DNA from: Podarcis melisellensis
Taxonomy: Eukaryota
Assembly: GCA_964234715.1 (NCBI GenBank)
Contig: OZ174278.1
Length of the DNA: 64,000 nt
Direction: 5' to 3' (one strand)
Shown here: positions 1-12,761 of the stretch, in pieces
How positions within the stretch are numbered: position 1 is the stretch's first letter
Layout: every line of letters begins with the position of its first letter
Notes under the pieces: model-generated
Seen by the model: only the letters and a program-made list of their open reading frames with translations
Databases searched by the model: none
Told to the model about the DNA's origin: nothing
Made by a program: the position numbers and the translations under genes

Positions 1-283
1 ACCTGAACTGTGAAATACAATATTGTTGTTTTTTGCCCCAAAGGTAAACTGATAATGTGCACACTTTTTGAATGTCAGACTCAGTCCAGAAGCACCCTAG
101 CACTGAAGGATATCACATCTTGATAAGATGCAGGGAAAGGTCTATCTTCCTATGTCTGTTGGTTGCCATATTTTTCAGTAGATACTAAAACTTCCAATTA
201 TGTGTCACCCAAACACTAGCTTTGGGATGGCTGTCTATACTGCTACAACTGTTTCAAAACCTTCTTAAAATAAGCATACACAA

Positions 284-464
284 NNNNNNNNNNNNNNNNN
301 NNNNNNNNNNNNNNNNNNNNNNNNNNNNNNNNNNNNNNNNNNNNNNNNNNNNNNNNNNNNNNNNNNNNNNNNNNNNNNNNNNNNNNNNNNNNNNNNNNNN
401 NNNNNNNNNNNNNNNNNNNNNNNNNNNNNNNNNNNNNNNNNNNNNNNNNNNNNNNNNNNNNNNN
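284..464. other. Assembly gap (run of N)
   Basis: Continuous N run. Confidence 0.99.
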
Positions 465-1319
465 GTAAATAGCTACATAGAATTAGAAAAGAATTAGGCT
501 TTAAGACACTGTCCGTTACCTTTATGCAAACACTGGACTAGTAAGAACATCACCTGCATTGCTGTAGAAATTTGTTTCCTTCATGCAACAGGTAAAACAA
601 ACACTAAGCTATTTTTTATCTGCTCTATATAGATTTTGCCTCTTTAAAAAGAAAGTCAGATTAGGCATGTAACAAACTCAAATGCAAGGTAATACCTGAA
701 GTTTTTTCCACATTAATATTTTTTTCCTTTAAAAACTTTCTAAAGAAACATGTGCTTCCTTTATCTTTATACACTTCTGTATGAACTACAGGAGCATGGT
801 TAATATTCAGCAAACGTTCAAAACTAATCAAACCACACATTAACATGGATGTATGACTTGACTTTTTTACTGATTTAAAACTCACCGATGTACTTAAAGT
901 TTCTCCAACATTTATATATTTTTATATTTTAAAAAAAGCACACCAAAGATACCATCACTAGTACTCAAGCTAGCACTGAATGTTTCTGAAAATGTTAGAA
1001 GGCAGATTTTGTGGGAAACACTTTTAAAATGGCACCCAATATTTTACTGAACACCAAATTTCTTAAAAGAGAAAACAAATAAGCACTGTTTATAAACGTG
1101 CTGAGCACCAAATTTGAGACGGGTGGTTGACCTGTGCTCTGTATGGCTATGGGTTTTTATGTTCTACAAATTGTTATCTGCTCACTTGAAACAATTATAT
1201 CAGTATAATTTCAACAAGGTAATGCTTTCTGCTTTGATAAAATACATGATAATGATCTCCCACTGCTATATAAATGCTTCAGACATTTATAGAAAATAAA
1301 TATTAAGGCAAAGCTGACA

Positions 1320-1325
1320 TTTATT
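1320..1325 (-). promoter_or_regulatory. Candidate polyadenylation signal (AATAAA) for the distal terminal exon of GPM6B
   Basis: TTTATT on + strand = AATAAA on the mRNA strand, about 710 nt after the stop at 2039. The true 3' end could lie further downstream. Confidence 0.35.
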
Positions 1326-2038
1326 TTCTGAGAAGGGGATCATTATCCTGATCCAAGGGTCTGTCTACATTCCATCAAACGGTATAAAATTAAAAGAAAA
1401 CAAACTCTGGGCAACAGTGCCCAGCTTACTCTGGTAAGTGCAGTAGAACAACAGTGGCTCATTACAGCATCAATGAAAAGGGAGTGGCTCAGAAAATAAC
1501 ACTTCTGGCATTTAGTCCACAAAATCCAGTTTTAATTTTGACAGAGTCTGAATAAGATTATTTGTAACTTCCTGAAACCGTATCAAATAAGCACAACTAT
1601 CAGTATTCAGAAGAAAGGGAATAACTAGTCATACTAGAATCTTAGTTACTTACATCTGTGTAATTATATACAGCCTTTAAAATCTTTTAGTCATTACAGG
1701 GCTGGATACCAACTGTGGTAGCCTGTTTTGAAAGGAGCGTGTTCCTTCAGTAATTCTTTTATAATTGCCAAGAGAGATCCATAAAGATCCTTGACCTGGT
1801 AACATGTTTTTCTAAAGTGGCCTAGAGACAACCTCTCTCCCCTCCCTCCCCCCCAAAAAACCATCCAATCGCAGTGCTAAAGGAATGGAGGATATCCACT
1901 GCAAATTTTCCCTATGATCATGGCCCAGGAGCATGAATGTGAAGTTTTTATACTTCTGCATTTGCTTGGACATGCATCTGTTCTGCAGAGCAGCTGCTTG
2001 ATGATTTGTCAGAGCTACAAAATTCTTCTGGCAAACAT

Positions 2039-2188
2039 TTATGTGTAAGAATTGAGTTGCTCTTTGGACCGAGACTGGATATCCTGAAGCTCCTGTTCTT
2101 CTTTTGCTTTGATATCCTGGTAAGCCTGCATTTTGCTCGCATCCTTTAAGTAGGCCCAGTTAGAGGACAGTATCATGAGGAAGTGTAT
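2039..2188 (-). CDS. GPM6B: GPM6B alternative terminal coding exon, long C-terminus (IHFLMILSSNWAYLKDASKMQAYQDIKAKEEQELQDIQSRSKEQLNSYT*)
   Basis: Matches the recalled long C-terminus of mammalian M6b. Acceptor cttctcttccag|ATA at 2190-2189, phase 0, 150 nt ending in TAA. Confidence 0.96.
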   Translation of the reverse strand: MHFLMILSSNWAYLKDASKMQAYQDIKAKEEQELQDIQSRSKEQLNSYT

Positions 2189-3064
2189 CTGGAAGAGAAG
2201 GGTGAGCATGATGGCTAGTGAGCATGTCAAGAGGCAAAGCAGGCAGCTAGTAATATTAATTTTTAAAAGTTATTCTACATTATTAAATATTAAAAAAGGC
2301 AAAGAGGCTTATTTCTAAAGATATCTAGAATTTTGCATGCTTAATACTACTAAGTAGGTACTGGCAAAAGTTAGTAGGAAATAGGAACAAAAGCAGTTAA
2401 TGCGAAAGAACAACAGAAACGGAAAAGCTTTGAAAATACATTGCAAGTTTACATGCTGAAGCCTAGAAGAGCAACTCAAGATAAATCTGTGATCGTTTCT
2501 TCCTTTCCCTGTTTCTTTCCCCATCCTCTTGAGTAAAGGAAAATTGTAATGTGGAAATTTTATATAGTTATCCTCTTAGAAAAGTTGTGTTCCGCCATAC
2601 TCACTAGGGCAAAAATAGTTTTTTTTCCTAAAATGCAGCTCTCTATATAAAAGGGTTTGCTTTGCGTGCTGCATGGTTATACTTTGGAAGCTGATCACTG
2701 ACAAGTAAGTTTGTAGCCTGTGCCACAAAAGTTGATGTTTTCTATTTCTCATAGGCCAGGATTGGTGTGGAATGAACTTGTTTCCATGCTTTTGCTAGAG
2801 AACTGCATGGCTTTTGTTTCTTATTTTTTGGGGGAAATGAAAATGTCAGCTAATGAAAAGGGTATTCTTCAGTGAGCCTAATTAGTTGTCTCTCAAAACA
2901 TTTGACCAGTAAAAACCCAAAGGGCTGGTGTTATACAGTAAAAATGAGAGGCAAATATGTGGTACTTTAGAAGAGCACTTTGACAACAATCTAAAAGGTA
3001 GGCACTGACAGTTATCAAGAATCAAGCATGTATCTTGTGTGTCATCTATTTGTAGAACAGATGC

Positions 3065-3070
3065 TTTATT
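3065..3070 (-). promoter_or_regulatory. Candidate polyadenylation signal (AATAAA) for the proximal terminal exon of GPM6B
   Basis: TTTATT on + strand, about 380 nt downstream of the stop at 3447 and upstream of the distal exon acceptor. Confidence 0.45.
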
Positions 3071-3446
3071 ATTTTTCAGATTAGTGAACAGCAGAGACAA
3101 AATAACTTATTACAGGCCCTTAATTGATCCAGTAATTATTTCAGAGATGATTGTTAGAAAAAAATATAGCTTGATGTTAAATGAAAGCCCTCCTTCCTTT
3201 AAAGGGATGATTTACAACATCACTGAAAATAACAGTCCTCTCATAGTATAGAAAATAGCCAGCTCTCACCCACATCATTATTCATATACAAGAAATAAAT
3301 TTGAATTAATCTAAAATGCTTAAAGATGCTTACTGAAGCTATTTACAATTTACTGTAACAAACTTCAAAAAAGCTAGACTCTTTAGTCTAGGGTGTCAGT
3401 GGTTTTTCAAGCTACACAGTGCAGCTCTTTACTGGGCTTATGCAAT

Positions 3447-3527
3447 TTAGAATTTAGTGCAGCAATCTTCCCGACTCTTAAACTTCAAAACGGCATAGTT
3501 ATATGTGGTAGCCATCATGTAGATCAG
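3447..3527 (-). CDS. GPM6B: GPM6B alternative terminal coding exon, short C-terminus (LIYMMATTYNYAVLKFKSREDCCTKF*)
   Basis: Manual translation matches the recalled short M6b C-terminus. Acceptor ttctcttccaccag|CTG, 81 nt ending in TAA. Not in the ORF track. Confidence 0.96.
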   Translation of the reverse strand: MIYMMATTYNYAVLKFKSREDCCTKF

Positions 3528-4250
3528 CTGGTGGAAGAGAACAAAACACAGCGTATAAGAGACAACAAATTCTACTGGCCTTTTAGGCAGTTCTTTGTGT
3601 TAGAATGAAAATTTATACTGTGTCAGGCACGGAATTCAATGAGAGCTATGGCAAAAATGACTAGCTCTGCTTTACCTAAGCTATGTAAGGGTCCCTGGTT
3701 GTTTCAGTGGGAAGTACATTGATAAATTATGACTTTAAATGAATTTGGCAACAGAAGATTGAAAGCAGGTTGCTGCAGCAGTTCATTGACAATAAATGGG
3801 TCTTGTTTTTAATCAGACTAACTAGCTTCAGTACATTCAGGTACCTTTCATACTCCCCAAAAGACTTAAAGGAAGGAAAGACAGGAGTATTAATTAAAAC
3901 TATTTTCAAAGGTAGGAAACCTCTGTCTGAAGTGTCCTGATGCTGGGAAGTTCTACATACTAATGGCAAAATAGCTATATCCAAAAATGCCATAAATTGG
4001 CCATGCAACAGGATGGAGGTAAACGAATAGCAAAAAACAACAAAACTATTTTAAAGCTTGCTTTGGTGCAAAGCTTTATTGGGAAATGTAAGCACTTGCC
4101 TGCTATTTGGAATATCCTGAGAAAACTACAATCAGGTGCCAACAAACACAAAAATTATTACTTAGTTTAAGTTAAACAATATTTTAAAGATTACATCTGA
4201 AAAGGGAATATGTGGTTATTTTATGAGAGAGAGAGGATGATGGTACTCAC

Positions 4251-4316
4251 CAGGGCTATGACAGTAGCACCAGCTCCAGCACACGCCACAATGAACAGGT
4301 GGTAAGACAAATAGAA
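4251..4316 (-). CDS. GPM6B: GPM6B coding exon, 66 nt (FYLSYHLFIVACAGAGATVIAL; start of TM4)
   Basis: Manual translation; gtag|TTC acceptor and CTG|gtgagt donor; phase 0/0. Confidence 0.96.
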
Positions 4317-5551
4317 CTACAACAGTAAAGAGGAAAATCATTGTCCTAGGAGCTCCATGGCACATTAACAAATATAACTCTCGGGAGGCTGCCTAGTGTG
4401 GAGGAAGGTCCGATTCCATGAGTCACTGCACTAACAAATATTTTTGAGGGGACGTAGTGAGTACTCTGCAAGTCCAATGTCAAAACCTATGGCACTTCAA
4501 GCTATTCAGACAAGGAGTCTGTGCCAGTGTTGCTGCAACATAACACTGCCAGTTGAATCTAAATGCCAGGTTCCTTCACACAACTGTGAACACAGTTGTG
4601 ACCATGATAGCATGGAAGAAGCCTAGTGGGAATCAGATTCTGCATACAGGAAACTTGCGCTCATCTCTCTGTTTGTGACTGGAAAAAAGGTTAGTCTTAA
4701 TAACTGGATGCTGGTCGCCTCATGTGCAGCTTATTCAGGGCATTTTTTATCCATGCCAGCCAAGAGAAAAGAATGAACAAATCCAAAATTATTATTCTGA
4801 GTGAGACTAGGGCCACCACCATGGCAGTTCCATCAGCACCACTGCAACCTCTATTAACATTATTCTAGCCCACAGTCGTAACTGAGGGATACTCCACACA
4901 TTTAAAAACCTGTGTGCGCCCTTGTTACCCACATGTATGGAATGACATGGAAGGCAGCATAATAAGGCAAACCTGCCCAACCTGCCTGGAATAGGTGCTT
5001 TTATAACTGGCAGCTGTGTGTTACTGCCTGTCACTGTAACTCAGTTGCAGTTAGACAAACTGATTAGAGGAGAGAGATGCTATGGACCACATCAGCCCAG
5101 TCTGTATGATGCCTTAGCAATAAAGATAGGAGACAGCCTATTCTGAGGGCACTATTTTTGCAGTTGTTCCTTATTCAAAGGAAGCCTGGCATATTAATCA
5201 TTGATTACTTATCTATACGTTGTATCCTAGTGTTTACCATATTGATATGTTTTATGCAAAATTGATATGGCCTGATGAAATAATTTTTCAGCACTATATA
5301 TTCCAGCTACTGAAGGGTGGGAGGAGAAATACCATTATCTCTCAACTGGCTATCCACAGAACCACTTAGCCTCACAACAAGTAGTGCAGACCTATATCCT
5401 CAGAATGTTGTATCATTCATTCTGCATGATTAAGAAACCTTTTTTTAAAAAAAATAAATGGCACCAGCATTAATGTTTTAGCAGACCAATTGTTTATATC
5501 CCAGTTGTCAAGATATGCAAGACAAGCACCGGGTGTCGTAGTCTCGTTTAC

Positions 5552-5625
5552 CTCAGGCGTGCTGCACATATCTGCTAATGCTGACCCACATGCCTTGCCA
5601 GGCACAGCATTCCAAGGGATGATAC
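5552..5625 (-). CDS. GPM6B: GPM6B coding exon, 74 nt ((G)IIPWNAVPGKACGSALADMCSTPE; extracellular loop 2)
   Basis: PLP-family PWNA.PGK.CG motif; ttcag|GT acceptor, GAG|gtaaac donor; phase 1/0. Confidence 0.96.
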
Positions 5626-7436
5626 CTGAAGTTAAAATATCAAAAAGCCATCGTTAAAGCTGATAGCTGATGCCATTCTCCCTTCTGAAATCCATTTCCC
5701 TTCCCCACCTACACGCAAGTTGTGTTCCTTTAACAAGCACCCACACATTGACCAGTTCAATCTGGAGTTGGCACCATCAAGTACAAAATCACTTAACAGT
5801 GTTCCCTTTTTACATCCAGGAGAGATTCTCCTTGCCAAGAGATGTTCTCAGATCTAGGATTCCCATATGGCGGACAAATGGTTGTTTTAGTCACTATGGA
5901 CACTCTTCTTCTTTTTAATCACTGTCATATGCTGTGCTTCCTGACTCTATTGAATGGGCAAAGGGATTGCTGAAAACGGTGCTTGCATCTTTACAGGCTC
6001 TGCCTTAAACTTCGTGGATTGAGATTGCAATTGTGGTCAATTGCAGAGGAACTATTCAGAATTATCTCTGCAAGCCACTCTCTTCCTCCATTGCCCATTG
6101 CCTTATTAAAGCCTCTGTTCCTTTTCTTCACTACTGATCTTCAGGCCATTTTCTTTCTGGTGGAAGTATACCATGTGAAAGCAAAGTACCTCAACATATT
6201 GCACTATAGAAGATATTCATCAAATATATTCATCTTTGACCTTTTTGGGGGGTGGGGGGAGCTATACAGCAGTAGGTATGTGTATGAGAGTTATAAAACA
6301 ATGGAGAAGTGTGTGGAGCACTAAGCCATGTGGAGTGAGAAAAACTATGAGCCAAGGTTTGGGCAACATGCCAACTCAACAGTCATGGCATAGCTCGCAG
6401 CAGCACAGAAGCAGCAGGACTAGAGGAGAACAGCTACTTTGTCTTGGAATCTCTATAAGTACTTCTATTGGCTTGTATCCAACTAAGTTGGATGAAAGTG
6501 AGTTGTGTCCATTAACTTCAATGGGTTTACTCTGAGAAGTACTAGCAGCGGATAAAAACCCATTATTTCCCAGGCTTGCCTCTACTGTGTCTTCCCCGCA
6601 CATCTCATTTCCACTGGCCTTTCTGAAAGATTTGCACCCTTCTTTAGCCAATATCAGAGAAAGTATGGTAGGAACCTTAAAATACCTGGAATCTGGATGG
6701 AACTTCTATAAGTAAATTGACTCAACTTCTATTATGTGTTCAACTGCCCTGTGTTCTATTGCCTTTTCTTTTTGGAGGTGATCGTGTCTCTCACTCCTAA
6801 TCCCGCACAAATAATCCCAGTCCCAGGGGAGAGTGGGGGCTAAACAATATTTGTCACCAAATAAGCATTAATGATAGGAACAACTGCATAGTGTGTGTGA
6901 TGTTAATCAGGTAAAAAAGATCTGTTCCCATAATGTGTGATTCTTGGGTGCACAAATCTAGACCCCTGTTCCTTCCTCATACTGTTCTAACATTGTATTC
7001 CCATTCCAAAACAAAAGGATAAATGAAACTGCTTTGCACGAGCGCATACACAATTCACATTATTACAGAAATAGTAAGAATATGCAGATATATAGCTAAA
7101 TTCAGGAGACTAGCATGGTAAGTTTTCAAACTATTTGGTGATGGGCTCAGGCTTGCTTAAGCAGTTTATTTTGCTGATTGTTTTATTATTAAGCCTGATA
7201 GCATAATGCGGATAACAGGCACAAAATCACTTTAGATAAATGACTTGCCAAATGCAGTTAAACTGGGTGCATCTGGAAAGAGGTCAGTGTAATCTGCATT
7301 AATTGAAAAAGTAATGACATGTTCAGAGACTCCACACTTGGTTGCTTTTTGGTTCATCTCATAAGGCTAAGACAAACCTGTTGAAGATAGGACAAGGAAA
7401 GAGGATAAAGCATTTAATCAGGATTAAAATAAGTAC

Positions 7437-7608
7437 CGTATTGCCTGATATCCACACAGATCTGGTCCGCTGAAGCTGTCATATTTGCTGGGAGTGATCT
7501 GATGACTTCGCAAGTTGACCATATGTTATAGAACATGAAGACCGGCACAGCCGAGAAGCCAAAGACGCCAAGCCAGGCCACCCCCAGTACGTAGGTCAGG
7601 AAAACAAA
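7437..7608 (-). CDS. GPM6B: GPM6B coding exon, 172 nt (FVFLTYVLGVAWLGVFGFSAVPVFMFYNIWSTCEVIRSLPANMTASADQICVDIRQY(G); TM3 and loop 2)
   Basis: Within ORF 7414..7626; ctcctcag|TTT acceptor, TACG|gtactt donor; phase 0/1; contains the C.D.RQYG PLP signature. Confidence 0.97.
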
Positions 7609-8670
7609 CTGAGGAGACAGGCACACATTTCACACAGAAAACCCCTTTCTCATTAATTTAGGAAATCAAGGGTTAATCTCATTTACAGTACACACACTCC
7701 TGAATTTTAAAATCCAAGAGCATGTCACACTGTCCATGTCTGATGTGAAGTCTCGGATTTTCACTCCATAGAGACCTTCCCTATAGCCCATGTTGCGATG
7801 TTAAAAGCTTGGCGTTTTGTTTTAAGTAAGCAAAATAAAAATCAGCCTGACTTTCCAAGCAGTAGTCATTCTGAGATGCTTTCTTTGTCATTGGAGTGGC
7901 ACTCATTACTGGGAACTGTGACTTCCTTACAGTATCTGTGGGTACCTCCCAATTCCTGCTGCACACAATTAGGATAAGAGGGCATAGCTTCTAACAACAG
8001 GGAGTGCCAGCCTGTTGTCTCGGGTGAGCCAACTGAAAAGAATGTCATGCTTCAGCCAACTAAATTGGACCAAGAGATGGGGACAACTTAATTACATTTT
8101 GGTGGCCGGGGGGGGGGGGGATCTATAAAGTTAAAAAATAAGTGCTCTCAGTTAAGGGGGGTAGAAATCCCCACCCACCCCAAAAAGCACAACCTGGCTG
8201 CCAAAAGCACAACACGGGACAAAAACACACAATATATAATCTGGACATTTTTATGTATGGTGTTAATGAAAACTTTGACAGAACTGTGGCCCACTTAAAA
8301 GTTGTAATTTCTTGGAAGAATAAAATTGGTAAAAAAGAGGATTATGTCCAAATTATTTTTTCCTCATACCTCTCTCCAATAAAGTACTATTTGAGAGAGA
8401 AAAAGCAGGCAAATTCACTTAGGATAAGAAAACAAGCTAGAATTAATACCTAATTCTCTTGTGACCATTAAAGGGAGATGTATAGCCTCTGCTGTTTATG
8501 TGGATGACTAAGGTTCAACTGCTAGCATCTCTAGCTAGGGCTTTCTGAAAGCCTAGAAGGACACTGCTTTCTTATCAATGGCCAGCGTAAAGAGCTGGTG
8601 CAAACAACACTGTAGATAATGCTATGGACCACTGGAGTAGTGGCAATCCATATTCCTGCAATGGACTCAC

Positions 8671-8827
8671 CATTCCACTGATGCAGCGGCCACAGATGGT
8701 TGTCTTGAATTCACCATGCAGCTCCTTCACAGCACTTGTTGTATAAAAGCCCTCCGCCAACAGGATAATTCCATACAAGAAAAAAAATGATGCAATGCCA
8801 TAGATCACATACTGCATTAGTTTTATT
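8671..8827 (-). CDS. GPM6B: GPM6B coding exon, 157 nt ((V)[52 protein letters not shown]; TM2)
   Basis: Overlaps ORF 8575..8817; ccttctcag|A acceptor, ATG|gtgagt donor; phase 2/0. Confidence 0.97.
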
Positions 8828-9296
8828 CTGAGAAGGAAACAAACAGGGCAATCAGACTCTTGTCACTCTGAAATAAAGTCTCATTTCATAATCATCCAAG
8901 AGCACAAGGACAGAATGAACATCTTAGTGGTAAGTTCACAGGTGAGACCATTTACTAGTTGTTTAAAGAACCAATGTAGTAATTTCCATCAGGTTGCAAG
9001 ATTTGGCCTTGGATCATGCTGGTGGTTGAGGCTGAAAGGAATTGGTGTCTTCACCATATGGAGAGCAGCAGGTTGAGCAAGGCTGGTCTAGATTCGGATC
9101 CAGTTGCTCTTCTTTTAATGTTGACTTGTCAACTGGAACTGGTTAAGCTGTTGTAGATTTTTACCTCATCATATTCAAGAATAAAGGGAACCGGAGCAGA
9201 TGGAGAAGCTGAATTTCACATACGAACTGAACTAGTCAGTCAAATCCTTGGATGAAAACATCTAGTATTTATTGCCCTTCTATACAGCTATTACAT

Positions 9297-9535
9297 CATG
9301 GGTAGGCCCGGGGGCCAGATCTGGCCCAATCGCTGCCTAAATCAGGCCTGCGGAAGGTCCAGGAATCAGCGTGTTTTTACATGAGTAGACTGTGCTTTTA
9401 TTTAAAAAGCATCTCTGGGTTATTTGTGGGGCACAGGAATTTGTTCATTTCCCCCACCCAAAATATAGTCTGGCCCCCCACAAGGTCTGAGGTACAGTGG
9501 ACTGGCCCCCTGCTGGAAAAGTTTGCTGACCGCTG
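9297..9535. mobile_element. Non-autonomous hAT DNA transposon, OposCharlie1 (OC1)/nhAT-like
   Basis: Degenerate CAGGGGT-type termini (CATGGGTAGG ... GCTGACCGCTG), subterminal GGCCC motifs, near-identical 8-bp TSD tattacat (9289-9296) / tattacac (9536-9543). Confidence 0.7.
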
Positions 9536-11169
9536 TATTACACAGCCAAAGTTGACCACCAGTAACTTCAAAAATGCTGCAGCATCTACTGCTTACAGAT
9601 AATTAAATAGCCTCAAGCCCTACCCTCACCAGTCACTCTAGAATATTTCTTACTGCAAACATCTTCCCTTACTGTATCCCAGAAGGAACCACAGCAGGCT
9701 TCTGCTGGGAAGGGAGCTTTGTTCTTGCTTTGTTTCAGCAGCAAGAAAAACATTTAAAGGGGTTCTGCTCCTACTCAAATAGACAAAATGAGCACTGCTG
9801 CAAGGATGGAGACCCAGACCGACACACCTCTATGTCATCTAGCAACAAGAAGGGGCTTTCCCCTTTCGTCTCTTGTCAGTGTGTGCTCTGCATCCACACA
9901 ATATAAATTCCTCATAGTAGCAGTAGGGTACATTGCCCCCACCACTCAATAGAATGCAGCTTCTAGCTCTACCTATTCATTTGTGTAATTAACGTGCAGT
10001 TATTTCTCTTTTGTAACAGATCCAGCCATCTTTTCCATTAAAAGTAATATGTAGCCACAATTTGTGAGTAATTTGCATTGTCCCCCTTTGCTGCAAAATT
10101 TCGTTTCTGGTCATCACCGCACCCCATGGTATCCTCACAACCACCCTGTAATGCAGGTTTTGTTTCCTGTTCCACATACAAAATGTCAGAATACCCTGCA
10201 TCTAAGGCACTATGCAAAAGTCCATTCGTTTGCACTTCTAGAGGTATGTAAACCGTATTTGTTTGTTTCAGTTTTATGCAGCACAATTAAAAGAATTTTA
10301 TTTGATCCACTAGACATCCAACAGATAAATCATAATGCCAAAGGAATTATGCAGTGCTGTCCTATAGAAGTGAAGTAAATGACGGCCACTAACAATTTTT
10401 TCCAAGATCTAGAACGTGAAAAGGAAGACAAACTCTGTTCACCAAGGACAGAAGAGGCAACATGTTTTAAGCTTAAGTAATGTAGATGAGAGGTTAATAA
10501 TTGAGGGGGGGGGGATTTAACCATAAGAACAGTTCAGCAATGGAAGATCCTGTTGAGGAAAACTAGCATGCTTCAGACACAAACCAATATAGCCTATTTC
10601 ACTGGGAGGCAGAAGATTAGATTCATAGTCCATTACGCATCTACTATGGAGTTATGTGGCATGTGAGAGAAATGTCATGACTGCCTCAATTGCAGTGGTT
10701 AGTGATAACATTTATTATTTTATCCTTAGATTTAGCAGTATTGCTTTCCTGTGTACCTCTCCAGTATATTTTTAGTGGTCTGTCATCTCCTGGCAACAGC
10801 TATTTTTTCTTGCCTTCAGTTGCTATGGAGCTGAATAACTATGCTCTTTGGGAGATTTATCGCTACCCTTGTTTTCCTTCTCTCTGAATATACATTTGGG
10901 GGGGGGGATATATGCTGAATCCCTAACAGCAGCAGACTTCTGGTGGAAGTGTTGCAAATTCCCCAATCCTCCCAACAAATTTCATAACTATATGCTGTCC
11001 AAAAGATGTTTTGCTTGAAGTGGACTCTCCAAATTCACTTCAAATTTTGAGTTTTGCCAGGCACTCTTACCTCCTTGCAGGCTGAATTGGCATGCGCTCC
11101 TAGCTCTGATGTTATTAAAGTTATCACTGCAATTGCTTCACAGAGTAAGAGAAGTGGTTTTGTACTTAC

Positions 11170-11356
11170 ACTTCAGATAACAAAGCATGGTCAGTAACAT
11201 TTGTGGAAAAACGCTGTTCGAGGATCGATACGGTCCCAGCGAGAGCCACATGACCGCAGCCGCAGAACAATGCTACCCCAGAGAAGCAGAGAATAGTTGC
11301 CACAAGGGAAGCATATGGAACTCCTCCCAGGCACTTAATGCAACATTCAAAGCAAC
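11170..11356 (-). CDS. GPM6B: GPM6B coding exon, 187 nt ((G)CFECCIKCLGGVPYASLVATILCFSGVALFCGCGHVALAGTVSILEQRFSTNVTDHALLSE(V); N-terminal Cys cluster and TM1)
   Basis: Within ORF 11166..11399; gcttag|GT acceptor, GAAGT|gtaagt donor; phase 1/2; PLP-family G..LFCGCGH signature. Confidence 0.97.
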
Positions 11357-12761
11357 CTAAGCAGAAAAGAAAAAGGGGGGGGGGACACAAAGACAACATT
11401 ATTTAAGTACAAGAGCAGGTTATGAGAACAACATCATTTGGACTTCATGTGGTAAAACTGGTAAGAACAATTAGCAAAGTTACTTGTTCAAAGCTAATGG
11501 GTTGCACTTCCTACTTTCATCAGATGACCTTCCTCTTTACGTCTGTCGCCTCAAAGTACAAGAGTGACAGCACCCCAGATTCTATGAAAATCAAAGGCTG
11601 CAGATGAAGCAAGCTTGTGCAGGATGCTTTAGAAAAGAGTGTGTGTTCTCCACCAACACATCAAATTAACACTTCTATTTTAAGCACAGACAACAAAAAT
11701 AAAACTTTGAAACTGAGTGCACTACACTGTCCTTTCAGACATCTTTTCAGGGCGATGGGAGCCAGAAGCCCTCTAGTTAAAAGTCTCATCTGAGCCACAA
11801 ATTCATTTGACAGCCTTAAGTAATCCACCCACACTTGGTAGCTTTATAAAACCTCAGGCCCCATTTGACAGCACACTGGTTCACCCAACGTGGATGTTAA
11901 AAAGTTTACTGGTGTGTGATGTACTCAAAAGGTTCTATATAAACACAGCTGAAAAGTTTGTGCTTTCTCTGAAGAACATACAGATATATTCAAATACAGA
12001 ACATCCCAAGCTTATTAATTGACATTAGGGATGGAGAATCTGTGGACGACAGTTCCCATCATCTCAGGCCAGAATTGTATCTGGAGGGCAGCAAATTCTC
12101 CCTAGGGTAGATAAAATGCTACACGCCCACTGTGCTTAGAAGCACTACTGGTGCCCTTCCACTTTAGTAAATGCCTAAAAGACTGATTATGGAAAATGAG
12201 TGGCCCTTCAGGATGATCTTGAAATAGGGTGGCTTGCAACAGTTGTTTCAAATGCAAGGTAAGCACCACCTGTTCCACTTACGCGTTTGCCTCCAAGCTC
12301 CCACCAGGAATTCAGGGCAACCAGGGTGCTAGGTGCTGACAAGAGAGAAACATTCCTTTCTGGGCCAGACCAGCAGCCCCAGTGTGAATGGGTATTGGTG
12401 GGAGGGGGCAGTCCTGTGTACAAAGGTAGTGTTATGTGGAGGGGGTTGGAGAATCAGAGTATTGGGAGAAAACTGCTTCATGTACCAAAGTCTCAGATTA
12501 AATGCAGATTGGCTTGGAATAAGCCAAGCACCATCCTGAGTCTATTTTATTTTTTAAAAAATTAAAAGTTGGCTTATCCAAGCCAATTTAAGGAGAACTG
12601 GGGAGGCAAGAGATGCACTCAGAAGTACAACTCTGATGTATATATTATTTGCTAACCACCAAAAGCAAACATTACATGATGTCTTTGTACAGGTACACAG
12701 CAACTATTATAGTTGGGCACATCCATAGAGCAATAAAGTCCATGCAGCAGTTAAATAAGAA

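Noticed and set aside
1-1300. Possible 3' end of a neighbouring plus-strand gene (OFD1 is adjacent in mammals); AATAAA at 1295-1300
   Set aside because: No recognisable coding exon; an assembly gap interrupts the region; synteny is only recalled.
4831-4850. RE1/NRSE-like TCAGCACCAC half-site (and GGACAGCGC near 57725)
   Set aside because: Only isolated half-sites; the partner half does not match.
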